A DNA stretch of 64,000 bases from the human T2T-CHM13v2.0 reference genome, Homo sapiens, in NCBI RefSeq assembly GCF_009914755.1, contig NC_060935.1; one strand, written 5' to 3'. The first letter of the stretch is position 1, and each line of letters begins with the position of its first letter. Below, piece after piece: positions 40,449 to 53,871 of this stretch. Under the pieces are notes generated by a model that did no database searches, was not told the origin of the DNA, and was given only the letters and a program-made list of their open reading frames with translations. Position numbers and translations under genes: made by a program.

Positions 40449-41553
40449 CTTTTATTTTACAGAAAACAGCATGCTACCATTTTATAGACTACTTCAGGAT
40501 TACAAACAATGGGTAAGTTTAAACTAAGTAGTTCTCCTCTGCTGAAATAATAATAAACTTCACTCTCTTAGCCTAAAGGCCTCAGGATTCCTTGAAAAAA
40601 CTGGGCACAGACAAATAAAACTAGGCACAACCTAGGAGTTCAAGAGAAGAGAGTATCAGTTATCAAGAAAAGTGTCCACCTTATTTGTTGATTCAATATA
40701 CATGTATTAAATTGTATTACATGCAAAGCACTAAAGAAGATGTTTTGGGGAAAACACAAAGAAGACAGTGTCCAAAAAGAATTTAGTGTAAGAAAGGAAA
40801 CAAATATATACAAAAGTCACTATAAAACCATGTGGAAAGATTTGATTGTCAAAAATGAAGTGCAGACAACATGCTCTGAAACTTCAACAGAGGTTCAGTT
40901 CAATAAACATTTATTAAATGCTCAATATGCCAGTCCTTTAAGAAATGTAGAGTGAAATAAGTGAAACAAGTATATAAGCAGATAATTTCAATTTAATTTT
41001 GAAGTATTATAACAGAATGATATAGTTGGACAACTACATTTTTGCCATCAAATAGTTGTTAGAAATGAAATAGAAAAGGTAAGCAGAAGCCAATTTAGGA
41101 GAATCTTAGACATTATGCCAAAGAATTCAGATTATCCCAAAAAATAGGGAATCAAAGAAGGGTTGAGGTGAGAAATGATAGGGAAGAGTAGAGGGGTCAA
41201 ATGGGAAAACATTTTAAAAGTAAAGCTCTCACAGACTTATTTATTATTTTACATTTTTCTTTGATTTTTAAATGTATTCAAAATAACTTAAAGCTTATAA
41301 AAATTTTGCAGAAATAGGACAAAAAATATCATGTACCTTTCACATGCATTTCCAGCTATATAGTTGTTTATGGTAGCTGGTCTTATCTAGTACCAGGTAC
41401 TTCATTATGTCAATGTCTTCGTCATTGCAAACCTTTAAAAAGTCTGGCTGACTACTATGCAGGTATGCAAATAATAAAAAAGGTTTCTATAAACTAACAG
41501 AATTTTTTTCAGGATACACTGTTAAAGTAAAACAAGCAAAGTGCTAAAGAACA

Positions 41554-41875
41554 CGGTCATCCCCTCAGTACCCATGTGGAGTTGGTTCCAGAAACCTTCA
41601 CAGATACCAAAATTTGTGTATGCTCAAGTCCCTCATATAAAGTGAAGTAGTATTTGCATATAACCTACACATATCCTCCCAGATACTTTTAAACATCTCT
41701 AGATTACTTATAATACCAAATACAATGGGAACGCTATAAAAATAGTTGTTGTACTGTATTTTTATTTGTATTATTTTCATTGCCATACTGTTATTTTTAT
41801 TGTCTTTTAATATTTTCGATTTCAGGTTGATTGTATATGTGGATGCAGAACCTGTGGCTAAGAGAAGTTCAACTG
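41554..41875. mobile_element. MER2 (TcMar-Tigger) DNA transposon
   Basis: gtcatcccctcagtacccatgtggagttggttccag...tgctcaagtccctcatataaa...gatgcagaacctgtgg...caactg. Confidence 0.8.
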
Positions 41876-41904
41876 TGTCTATAATATGCTATCTTCCGTG
41901 TAAG

Positions 41905-42523
41905 TGTAGGGGCAAAGGAAATTTTCCGCTCCCTCTCTGAAGGTTCCAGTTTGCTAAAATAAACTGATAACATGAAAAACGGTACGTAAATGTATTAACA
42001 TGCAAGTGTGCACATACAAACTATGTATGAGCCATACAAAATTGAAACACAAAAAAGGATGAGATGGCTAATGCTTAAATAGCACCCTCTTCATAGAGGA
42101 CAAGGAGATGAGGGAATGTAGGCAATTTTTAGGGGTAGTAAATGATTTTTAGGAGAGTTGATTGGGCCCAAAGAACAGATCATCATTTGTGAATTGCTGT
42201 GTTTGGAAACTGAATGGGACCTTAAGAACAGACAATAGTTTGTGACATTCTGTCTAGATATGTAATATTCCTCAGTCTTTCTTCCTGAAATATGAGTTTA
42301 CTCCTCTCTAAATAATAAAATTTCAGGGAAGGTATCCAAAGCAATTATGTTCCTTCTGGAGTAGCTTCAGATAAAGAACCTTCAGAGAGTTCGACCCTGT
42401 GCTTGGGAAGAGACACAGAAGGTCAAAAAGTCCTTGATTCTGAGGCCTTCTAATTTCCTTTAATTCAAGTGCTAAGCATGTCAAAGAGCTATACTTTTGG
42501 GTATCATTTTCTAAGCCCCAACA
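41905..42523 (-). mobile_element. MER34-family solo LTR
   Basis: Plus-strand tgtaggggcaaagg...ttttgggtatcattttctaagccccaaca. Confidence 0.6.
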
Positions 42524-42570
42524 TAAGAAAGAAGGGAAAATAAAAACACATACATGTATCTTATTTGTCC

Positions 42571-43194
42571 TATGGGGGGAAAAGTTTCCCCAAGCCACCT
42601 AGGATTCCTGGCTAAGCCTAAAAATAGGAGAAAAGCACATAATTTTAATTCAATAAAAGTTTATATATTACATGGCAGCGAGCCATCATAAGGAAATGAA
42701 GATCCAAAGACCCAAGGAAAACTGTATTTTAAAAAATAAATCTGATAAAAGCAGTGCAGAGTTGTGAAGAAACATGACTGGACAAAAAGGGGTATGATCT
42801 AATGGTAATAGACTGGAGGGACAGGGGAGAGGAGAAGGAACTTCAGTAAGGCCTGTTTGTTCAGATTTTTTCCTGTGTCTCTGTATGACATTCTTTCCCC
42901 CCACATATACAGCAGGATACTTGCCTCGTAAGAACCTTTAGGGTAAAAGGGAGGCCAGAGAGTGACCTTTCCAGGTTTCATGCTTGCTTTGGGGAAGAGG
43001 AATTCTAGTTTCTATGACTCACCCAAGGGGAGAGTAATTCTGCTTTCTATGACTCAGCTTGGGCAGGAAAAATAGTGGGGAAAGGTGAATAGAAGAAAGT
43101 CAAAGAAACTCTGAGCCCCTTACAATCTCCTTCAGTTCAAAGTACTCAGCATGACAAAGTACCATAATTTGAGGTATCATGTTCTGAGCCCAAC
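42571..43194 (-). mobile_element. MER34/MER39-family solo LTR
   Basis: Plus strand ends ...tttgaggtatcatgttctgagcccaaca. Shares the ggcctgtttgttcag motif with the 39980 LTR in reverse. Confidence 0.6.
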
Positions 43195-43226
43195 ACTACA
43201 AAATTCAAGTTAGGAAGGTTAAATAA

Positions 43227-43507
43227 TGTCCCAGGTTGGCAACTATCTGAGGCTGGTATTGCACAGGTGGTAAAAAGAATTTACCAAGACAGCTGTACGT
43301 AAAGAAAGGCAGGTTTGAGAAAGTAGGAAAATGCATTGCAAGAAAACAACAGGTAGGTCAGCAGGAGAGGAGGTGACTGACAGGAGAGAGAGACTTGCTG
43401 GGGATTTTATAGGATGATGTTTGTGCTGTGTGCTGAAGAGGGCTTTCTCTTTTTGCTTTCCCTTGGTCCCACCAGCCCAACTCCCCTTCTCTAATTAGGA
43501 CTCCACA
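43227..43507 (-). mobile_element. MER76/MER87-like solo LTR remnant
   Basis: The reverse complement starts tgtggagtcctaattagagaaggggag...ggtgggaccaagggaaagcaaaa. Confidence 0.5.
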
Positions 43508-43696
43508 AATAAGGCATAACAAATAAAAAAAAAAAACAGGGGAGAAGGGAAAGCTCTTCCTTACAGGAAAATGTCAACAAATACACGTAGAAGAAATGAG
43601 GCAATCAGAAAACTACCAACCGGAAGACACCATAGTAATAATTGTTTGGAAAAGAAGGTGATACACAAAATATTTACCTAAATGCAAAATATCTCA

Positions 43697-46600
43697 AGGG
43701 GTGCCAGATAAGATAGCCAATTAGAAGCAGCTGCAGTCTGCAGCTGTCACAGGGAGGAGTGAAAACAGGAAGCGAATTCTGTACCTTCAACTGAGGTATC
43801 CAGGTTATTGCATTAGGACTGACTAGGTAGACAGCTGGACCCATGGAGAGTGAGGAAAAGCAGGGTGAAGCAATGGCCCACGGAGCAGCACAGAGCCAGG
43901 GGAACCCCCACCTCCAGCCAAGGGAGGTGGTGAGTGATTATGCACCCTCATCTGGGAAACCATGGTTTCCCCATGGATCTTTGCAAACTGTAGATCAGGA
44001 GATCCCCTCGTGAGCCAATGCGACCAGGGCCTTGGATCCGAAGCAGAGAGCTGTGTGGAAACTCCACATAATGGCCACTGGGGCATGCACAGAGGCCCAA
44101 GGGTTTTGTATAATCTGGCCCTGGGAATTCCAGTGAGGTGGGAGATCCATCCACGCATTACGCTAGGAAGGGGGCTGAATCCAGGAGTTAAGTGGCTTCA
44201 TTCTGTGGGCCCTACTCCTACAGCACCTTACAGGTTAAGACCCACTGGCTTGGAATTCCAGCCAGCCAGTGGCAGCAGGCTGGAGACTGCCTGAAACAGA
44301 CCAAGTTCCTGGGGGGAAGGGCAGCCACCATCTCTGAAGTTAAGAGTGGGCCATTCTACCCTGCCAGCTCCAGGGAGTCCAGGCTGTCTGGACTGGAAGG
44401 AGTTCCCCACAATACAGCATAGCTGCCATGCCAGATCATGGCCAGACTGCTGCTTTAACTGATCCCTCCCTCCTCACTGGGTGGGGCCTCCCTGTGGGAA
44501 TTACAGCAACTTCAGCCAAGTTTTTCAGACAGAACTCTGATCTCTCCCTAGGATGAAGCCCCAGGGGGAAGTGGCCACTGTCCCTGTGGTTCAGCTGGCT
44601 TAGATGTTCCAGCCTGCTGGCACTGAAGAGTCCGGGCATTCTGGACGAGGGGGGGTTCCGCCCAGTGCAGCACACCTGCTTTGCTAAGGGGCAGCCATAC
44701 TGCTTGTTTAAGTGGGTTCCTGAATCCCTTCCTCCGGACTGGGTGAGTCCTCCCAATAAGGGTCTCCAGACGCCTCCTACAGGAGCGTTCTGGCCAGCAT
44801 CAGGTTGGTGACCCCCTGAAATCCATTAGCTCCCAGAGGAAGGAGAAGGCTACCCTCTTTGCTGTTTCACAGCCTTCACTGATGATATCTCCAGGTGCTG
44901 AAGGGAACAAGGTGACCAGGGTCTAGAGTGGACCCCCAGGAAACTGCAGCAGCTCTACAGAAGAGTGGCCTGAATGTTAAAAGAAAAACAAACAGAAAGC
45001 TACAACAACAACATCAACAAGAAAGACCCCACAAAAACCCCATTCAAAGGTCAGCAACCTCAAAGATTGAAGGTAGAGAAGCCCACAAAGATGGAACAGA
45101 ATCAATGCAAAAATGCTGAAAACTCAAAAAGCCAGAGTGCCTTTTCTCCTCCAAATGACTGCAATACCTCTCCTGCAAGGGCACAGAACTGGGCTGAGGT
45201 TGAGATGGCTGAATTGACAGAAGTAGGCTTCAGAGAGTGGTTAATAATGAATAACAAACTTTGCTGAGCTAAAGGAGCATATTCTAACCCAATGCAAAGA
45301 AGGTAAGAATCATGATGAAACAATACAAGACCTGATAACCAGAACAGCTAGTTTAGTGGGAACATAATAGATCTGATGAAGCTGAAAAACAACACAAGAA
45401 TGTTACAATGCGACCACAAGTATCAATAGCAGCATAGACCAAGCAGAGGAAAGAATCTCAGAGCTTGAAGACAATCTTTCTGAAATAAGACAGGCAAAAA
45501 AAATAGAGAGTAAAGAATGAAAATGAACAAACCAAACCTCTGAGAAATATAGGATTACGTAAAGTGACCAAACCTATGAATGATTGGGGTACCTGAAAGA
45601 GACAAGGAGAATGGAACTAAGTTGGAAAACATACTTCAGAATATCATCCAGGAGAACTTCCCTAACCTAGCAAATCGGGCCAACATTCAAATTCAAAAAA
45701 TCCAGGGAACCCCAGTAAGATACCCAACAAGAAGATAATCCCCAAGATGCATAATCGTCAGATTCTCCTAGGTTGAAATGAAAGAAAAAAATGGTTAAGA
45801 GCAGCCAGAGAGAAAGGCCAGGTGACTAACAAAGAGAAGCTCAGCAGACTAACAGCAAACCTCTAAGCAAAAACCCTACAAACCAGAAGAGATTGGGGCC
45901 AATATTCAACATTCTTAAAGAAAAGTATTTCCAACCCAGAATTTCATGTCTGGCCAAACTAAACTCCATAAGTGAAGGAGAAATAAGATTCTTCTCAGAC
46001 AAGCAAATGCTGATGTAATTTATCACCATCAGGCCTGCCTTGCAAGAGTTCCTGAAGGAAGCACTAAATATGGAAAGGAAAAACCCATTACCAGCAACAA
46101 CTACAAAAACACACTGAAGTACACAGACCAGTGCCACTATGAAGTAACCACATAAACAAGTCTGCTAAGTAACCAGCTAGCATCATGATAACAGGATCAA
46201 ATTCACACATAACAATAGTAACCTTAAAAATAAATGGGCTAAATGTTCCAATTAGAAGACAGAATGGCAAGCTGGATAGAGTCAAGACCCATTGGCGTGC
46301 TGTCTTTAAGAGACCCATCTCATGTGTAAAGACACACATAGGCTCAAAATAAAGGGATGGAGGAAAATTTACCAAGCAAATGGAAAACAGAAAAAAGGGG
46401 GTTGCAATCCTAGTTTATGATAAAACAGACTTTAAACCAACAAAGATCAAAAAAGATAAAGAAGGGCGTTACACAAGGGTAAAGGGTTCAATTCAACAAA
46501 AACAGCTAAGTATCCTGAATATACATGGACCAAATATAGGAGCACCCAAATTCATGAAGAAAGTTCCTAGAGAACTAAAAGAGACTTAGACTCTCAAAGA

Positions 46601-49600
46601 ATAATAGTGGGAGACTTAAACACCCTACTGTCAATGTTAGACAGATCACCAAGACAGAAAATTAACAAAAATATTCAGGACCTGAACTCAGCTCTGGATC
46701 AAGTGGACCTGATAGGTATCTACAGAACTCTCCAACCAAAAACAACAGAATATATATTCTTCTCATAACCACACGGCAGTTACTCCAAAATTGATCACAT
46801 AAATGGAAGTAAAACACCCTTCAGTAAATGCCTAAGAGGCGAAATAATAACAAACAGCCTTTCATACCAAAGCACACTCAAATTAGAGCTCAAGATTAAG
46901 AAACTTATTTAAAACCACACGACTACATGGAAATTGAACAACCTGCTCCTGAATGACACTTTGGTCAAAAATGAAATTAAGGTAGAAATCAAGAAGTTCT
47001 TTGAAACAAATGAAAACAATAAAGTATCAGAATCTCTGGGAAACAACTAAAGCAGTGTTAAAAGGGAAATTTACAGCACTAAATGCCACATTAAAAAGCT
47101 AGAAAGATCTCAAATTAACAACCTAACATCACAACTAGAAGATCTAGAGAACCAAGAGAAAATGAACCCCAAAGTTAGCAGAAGACAAGAAATAACCAAG
47201 ATCAGAGTGGAACTAAGGAGACAGAGACATGAAAAACCCTTCAAAAAAGTCAATAAATCCAGGAGCTGATTTTTTGAAACTATTAATAAAATAGATAGAC
47301 ACTAGCTATACTAATAAAGAAGATAAGAGAGGGCAGTAAAATAGACACACTCAGAAATGATAAGGGGGATATCACCGCTGACCCCATAGAAATACAAACA
47401 ACCAAGAGAAAACTATAATAAACACCTCTATGCACATCAACTAGAAAATCTAGAAGAAATTGATAAATTCCTGGACACATACATTCTCCCAAGACAGAAC
47501 CAGGGCAAAAATTAAAGCCCTGAATAGACCAATAACAAGTTCTGAAATTGAGGAAGGAATAAATAGCCTAGCAACCAAAAAAAGCCCAGGACCAGATAAA
47601 TTTACAGCTGAATTCTACCAGAGGTACAAAGAAAATCTGGTACCATTTCTAATGAAACTATTCCAAACAAATGAAAGGAAAGACTCCTCCCTAACACATT
47701 TTATGAGGCTAGCATCATCCTAATGCCAAAACCTGATGGAGATACAACAAAAAAAGAAAACTTCAGGCCAATATTCCTGATGAACATCGATGCAAAAATC
47801 CTCAATAAAATACTGGCAAACTGAATACAGCAACACATCAAAAAGCTTATCTACCATGACCCGACAGTTGGCTTCATCCCTAGGATGCAAGGTTGGTTCA
47901 ACATATGCAAATCAATAAATGTGATTCATCACATAAACAGAACTAAAGAAACCACGTGATTTTCTCAATAGACACCAAAAAAGTCTTCAATAACATTCAA
48001 CATCCTTTTATGTTAAAAACTCTGTATAAACTAGATATTAAAGGAACATACCTCAACATAAGAGCAATACATGACAAACCCCCAGCCAATATCACACTGA
48101 ATGGGCAAAAGCTGGAAGCAGAACCCTTGAAAACTGGCACAAGACAAGGATGCCCTCTCTCACCACTCCTATTCAATGTAATATTAGAAGTTCTGGCCAG
48201 GGCAAACAGGCAACAGAAGGAAATAAAGAATAATCAAATAGGAAGAGAGAAAGTCAAATTATCTTTCTTTGCAGATGACATAATTCTATATCTAGAAAAC
48301 TCTGCCGTCACCACCCAAAAGTATCTTAAGCTGATAAGCAACTTCAGCAAAGTCCCAGCATACAAAATCAATACGCAAAAATCACTAGCATTCCTATACA
48401 CTAACAATAGGCAAGCAGAGAGCCAAATCATGAATGAATTCCCATTCACAATTGTCACAAAGGGAATAAAATACTTAGGAATATAGCTAACAAATGAAGT
48501 GAAGAGCTTCTTCAAGGAGAACTGTAAATCACTGCTCAAGGAAATCAGAGAGGACAAAAACAAATGAAAAAACATTCCATGCTCATGGAGAGGAAGAATC
48601 AATATCGTGAAAATGGCCATACTGCCCAAAGTAACTTATAGATTCAATGCTATTCCCATTAAACTACTATTGACATTCTTCACAGAATTAGAAGTAACTG
48701 TTTTAAAATTCATGTGGAACCAAAAAGGAGCCTGGATAACCAACACAATCCTACGCAAAAAGAACAAAGCTGGAGACATCAGACTACCTGACTTCAAACT
48801 ATACTACAGGGCTACAACAACCAAAACAGCATGGTACCTGTAAAAAAGAAGACACCTAGAGCAATGGAACAGAATAGAGAACTCAGAAATAAGACGGCAC
48901 ATCTGCAACCATCTGACCTTCGACAAACCTGATAAAAACAAGCAATGGGGAAAGGTTTCCCTATTTAACAAATGGTGCTAGGAGAACTGGCTAGCCAAAT
49001 GTGAAAAATTGAAACTGGACCATTTCCTTACACAATATACAAATTTAACTCAAGATGGATTAATGATCTAAATATAAAACTCAAAACTATGAAAACCCTA
49101 GAAGAAAATCTAGATAGTACCATTTAGGACATAGGCACTGGCAAAGATTTCATAATAAAAATGCCAAAAGCAATTGCAACAAAAGCAAAAATTGACAAAT
49201 GGGATCTAATTTAACTAAACAGCCTCTGTGCAACAAAAGAAACTATCATCAGAGTGAACAGACAACCTACAAATGGGAGAAAATTTTTGCAAACTATCCA
49301 TCTGACGAAGGTCTAATATCTAGAGTTTACATGGAATTTAAACAAATTTACAAGAAAAAACAACTCAATTAAAAAGTAGGCAAAGGACATGAGCAGACAC
49401 TTCTCAAAAGAAGGCATTCATGCAGCCAACAAATATATGAAAAAAAGCCCAACATCACTGATCATTAAAGAAATGAGAATCAAAACCACAATGATATACC
49501 ATTTCATGCCAGTCAGAATGGCGATTATTAAAGTCAAGAAACAACAGATGCTGGCTTGGTTGTGGAGAAAAAGGGATACTTTACACTGTGGGTGGGAGTA

Positions 49601-50281
49601 TAAAATTGTTCAACCATTGTGGAAGACAGTGCAGCAATTCCTCAAAGATCTAGAAGCATAAATGCCATTTGACCCAGCAATCCCATTACTGAGTATATAC
49701 CCAAAGGAATATAAATCATTCTATTATAGAGATAACATGCACATGTATGTTCACTGCAGCACTATTCACAATAGCAAAGACATGGAAACAGCCGAAATAC
49801 TGCTCCATGATAGACTGAATAAAGAAAATGTGGTGTGTATGTATATGTATTTATATATATATATATATATACATATACACACACACACACACACACACAT
49901 ACATACATACCAGGGAATACTATGCAGCCATAAAAAGAAACAAGATCATGTCCTTTGCAGGGACATGGGTAGAGTTGGAATCTGTTATCCTCAGCAAACT
50001 AACACAGGAACAGAAAACCAAATACCACATGTTCTCACTTATAAGTGGGAGCTGAATGATGAGAACACATGGACACATGCAGGGGAACAACACACACTGG
50101 GGCCTTACAGTGGGTGGCAGAGTGAGGGAGAGCATCAGGAAGAAAAGCTAATGGATGCTGGGCTTGATACCTAGGTGATGGGTTGACCTGTGCAGCAAAC
50201 CACCATGGCACACTTTTACCTATGGAACAAACCTACACATCCTACATATATACCCCAGAACTTAAATGTTGAAGAAAAGAA
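43697..50281 (+). mobile_element. Full-length, inactive L1PA11-13-like LINE-1, antisense to DLG2, nested in an older L1MC
   Basis: GC-rich 5'UTR at ~43697-44950 and ORF1 remnants (NQCKNAENSKSQSA...). ORF2 starts atgataacaggatcaaattcacac at ~46185, with RT motifs [14 protein letters not shown] and FADD, followed by the 3'UTR and A-rich tail. Multiple stops. Confidence 0.93.
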
Positions 50282-50289
50282 ATAGTGTC

Positions 50290-51040
50290 TCTTATGAGAT
50301 TCTTATTAACTACTAAAAGAAAATAGTAACTTTACAGTAGATAATCTGGAAGCTACCTTAACCAAGTGAACAATGCATAATCAGTAATTTAACAAATATA
50401 TATTTTAAATACCTTCTCAAATCATGTAATGAGAAGGATATATCCCTTTTGTAGTACTTCTGCCAAAAATATATAACTTGAATTTAATCATAAGGAAATA
50501 GCAGAAAAAAAATTAAAGGCTATTTTACAAAATAAATGTCTTATATTTGGGGAAAAAAATAAATTCAAGGTCTTGAAAGACAAAGGTAGACTGAGAAATA
50601 TTCTTCATTGAAGATGACTAAAAAGACATGAAAACTAAATGCAATGTATAACACTAGATCAGAGCCTGGACCAGCAAATTTTTTTTATAATAAAGACATT
50701 TAGTGGAACATTTAATACAATTTTAATAAGATCTATAAGAATAGACAATATTTAGACCAATGCTAAATTCCTAATTTTGATCATTGTACCTTGGTTATAC
50801 AAAAGAATATACTTGGTTTTAGAAAATACACAGTGAAGTATTCAGGGAAAAAAGGCAAATTGCTCTTTAACCACACCCCCAAAAAAGTATGCATGTGTTT
50901 ATGCCTAAAGAGAATAACACAAATATAGTAAATGTTAATTTTGGAGAATCTGAGTAAAAGTTATACAGGTTATTTTTTACTATTTTTGTAACTTTTCTTT
51001 GTTTTAGATTATTTATAAATAAATAGTTTTTAAAAGAAAG
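50290..51040 (+). mobile_element. Old L1MC-like 3' region (host of the L1PA; upstream part at ~43510-43696)
   Basis: aaaatagtaactttacagtag...gacatgaaaactaaatgcaatgt...aaatgttaattttggagaatctgagtaaaag. Confidence 0.65.
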
Positions 51041-51249
51041 CTACAGATCCAAAAATCCAAACTGTTTGAAGAAAGTATTATACTAAAACTATAGCAAAAT
51101 TAGTAATCAGAATGTAAATATGTCCAATATGAATATAATAAAAGGAATGAAAAAGATCTTCAATAAACAGAATGCTCAGAGATAGAAGAAAATACAAAGT
51201 CAATTTTTTAAAAGCCAAACAAATTATGTTGGAAAACAGGAAGAGAGGG

Positions 51250-52380
51250 AACAAGAGGTAGAACAAGACAGATATAACAAAGAGCCATTAAAAATGGAAT
51301 AAAAAATAGTCATTGCAACAAAAATTAATAGATATTATAAACCATAGACTAAACATATGCAGAAAAATTGGAAGATAGCACAAGAAATCCCCTCAGAACA
51401 CAACACTAAAATGCTGAGATCTAAAATAGATAAAGAGCTGTACAAAAGCATGAAGAATAGATTGAGAGGGTCCAATATACATCTTCTCAGAGTATCATGA
51501 AAGGAGGATGAAGAGAACGCTGAAAAAGCAATATTTGAATAAATACAGCTGAGAATTTTCCAGGATTTCAAAAAGAGATGAGTCCACCGATAGAAAAAGC
51601 TTTCTAAGAGGCAGTGTACATACATAAAATTAAATATGCACTCAGACACACAAGAGTAAAACTGAAAATCAGCAGGAATAAAAAGGAAATCTTAGGATCT
51701 ACAATAGGAAACAATCTACAGAAAAACAGCTTAATTAAGCAGAGAAACCAAAAGTAATAGAACATATGCTCACAGTGCCATGAGAAAATAATTGCTGTCC
51801 TATAAGCTTATAGCCAGCTAAATTATCATGCAAAAGGGAGAGTGCAAGCATACAAATATTAAGATAATTTAACAATAAATATCCTCACAACAATAATTAC
51901 TAAAGGACGTACTTCAGCAAAAAGAAAAATAAACTCAGAGGAATATCTAAGTACAAAGATAAATAGTGAGCAAATAAATAAATAAAATATATCATAAGTC
52001 AAATATGAAGTATTGTATGGATATGAGAGACTGGAGTATTCAATGAGTTATTAAAATCCATCAAGGTCCTTGTCATATTTGAGAAAGATAAATATAACTT
52101 TAGATTTCTTAGAATAATATATAGATTATTATGTATGCCAAAAAGATAACCAATTAAAGAACAGAAGACAATCAGATGTTTCCAACCAGCAGAGGAAAAA
52201 ATAAGAAGAAAACATAGAAAAATTTTCAGTACAACAGGAGGTACAAATGGGTGGGTGAAGGAGAAAGGAAAAGGATGGTCAATGAACAATGTCCTTAAAT
52301 GGCGGAATAAGTCTAAAGACATTAGGACCCACAATAATACAAATGAACTAAACCTATCTATTTAAGATAGGTAGCAAACT
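51250..52380 (+). mobile_element. Highly degraded L1/HAL1 ORF1-region fragment
   Basis: A-rich sequence with ORF1-like motifs (gaaaaagcaatatttgaataaatacagctgagaattttccag; tagccagctaaattatca). Confidence 0.5.
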
Positions 52381-52394
52381 GAACAACATAAATG

Positions 52395-52630
52395 TTAATA
52401 ACGGTAGTTAATACTTCCTATTCTGCAAGTGCTTTACAAAGATTAACTCACTGAGTCATCACAATAGCCTATGAAGTTTATACTATTAGTGCACCATTAT
52501 TATGGATAAGCATATTGAGATTTAAAGAATTTTAGCAAATTGTCCAAGGACACACAGCTAGTAGGTGGCTGTGATTTACACCAGGTAGGCTTATTCCAGA
52601 GTTTAACCTTTGTGACCATTCTATTCTGCT
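52395..52630 (-). mobile_element. MIR
   Basis: gtgctttacaaagattaactcactgagtcatcacaatagcctatgaag...gtccaaggacacacagctagtaggtggc. Confidence 0.65.
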
Positions 52631-53785
52631 AAGACTCAATATAGTCATATGATCAAAAGTTATGTATTATTAAATATTATACTCTAGAAGAAGCTTTATG
52701 GATGTCAAAATGCCAGCAGGATTATTTTAAGTGAAAAAGTATGTTATAAAAGAATATATACTAATACCATCCAAAGTTTGATTAAACACACACACACATA
52801 AGCACATATACATACTGAGAAATCCACCAGAGAACAGTTGTAATTACTTCTGAATCTTGTGATAATAGGTGACATTTATTCTGTTCTTTATATATTTCTG
52901 TATTTTCTACAGTGCATAACTGTATGTCATTTTGTTAAACTTTTTTTAATGAGCCTTGTACAGTGCCTGGCACATTAATGATCAAGGGAGAGAGGGCAAA
53001 CCACAAAGTCCTTTCATTAACTAAAGTTGAGTGGAAGCTACAGAACCAACGATGTTGTGTTATCTTACTATCACAAGCTCAGATCCTAGGGACAAATAAA
53101 CTGCATACTTAATAAAAAGATTCAGCAACGAGAAAATCCTAACAAGCTGCCCTTTTGTGTTAGTTTCAGGATGTGATTTTGGAATCCAACCTCAATTGTG
53201 GCTTCAAAAGAAACCTGAAAATAAAAGCTTCAGCTGTAGAAATGCAGTTAAATATCAGCATTAAATAGAACATAGAGCCCAGGAATGTCAGAGCTGCAAA
53301 TGTACTTATGGAGATTGCCACCTACAGACTAAATCTCTCACTTATACATCAGGGGAAAAGATCCACAAAAGCAGAGACTTGTCCAAGTTTACATAGACTT
53401 TCATAGATGAACCCAGACTGGAACTCAGTTTTTCTGTCTTGGATAAAGAAACTGAGGTTTCTGACATGAATTACTTGCCCAAAATTACACAGCTACCAAA
53501 AGGTAGAGCCAGTATTCTAATTTGGTTTGACAGGATTCCAAAATCCATTCTGTTTCTGAATTATAATCAAATAGACAATTTTTTAATTATTCATAGAAAT
53601 CTTATTTAATCAACAAATTTATCAATTGTTTATTATTTAATATTCTTCAAGAATATGAAAGTATTGAATATTATTCAATAATTTTTATTCACCTAGCACT
53701 TCCATTTTACTAGCACTAAAGAAGAAATAATTTCTCTCTTCTTTCAGGCTTCCTCTTCCTGTTGCTTGAATATCTCCTTCTCTCC

Positions 53786-53871
53786 ATATATATGTATATG
53801 TATATGTATACGTATATGTATATGTGTATATATATGTGTATATATGTGTATATATATGTGTGTATATACAT
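53786..53871. repeat. (TA/TATG)n microsatellite followed by a short L1MA 3' fragment (~53880-53968)
   Basis: Directly visible. Confidence 0.85.

Noticed and set aside
43697-50281. Active L1 or intact ORF1/ORF2
   Set aside because: Numerous stops and frameshifts. The longest fragment is 176 aa and the 3'UTR is of an old subfamily.
53630-53690. AT-rich inverted repeats (ttgaatattattcaa) as an RNA hairpin or miRNA
   Set aside because: Short, low-complexity AT palindromes are expected by chance.
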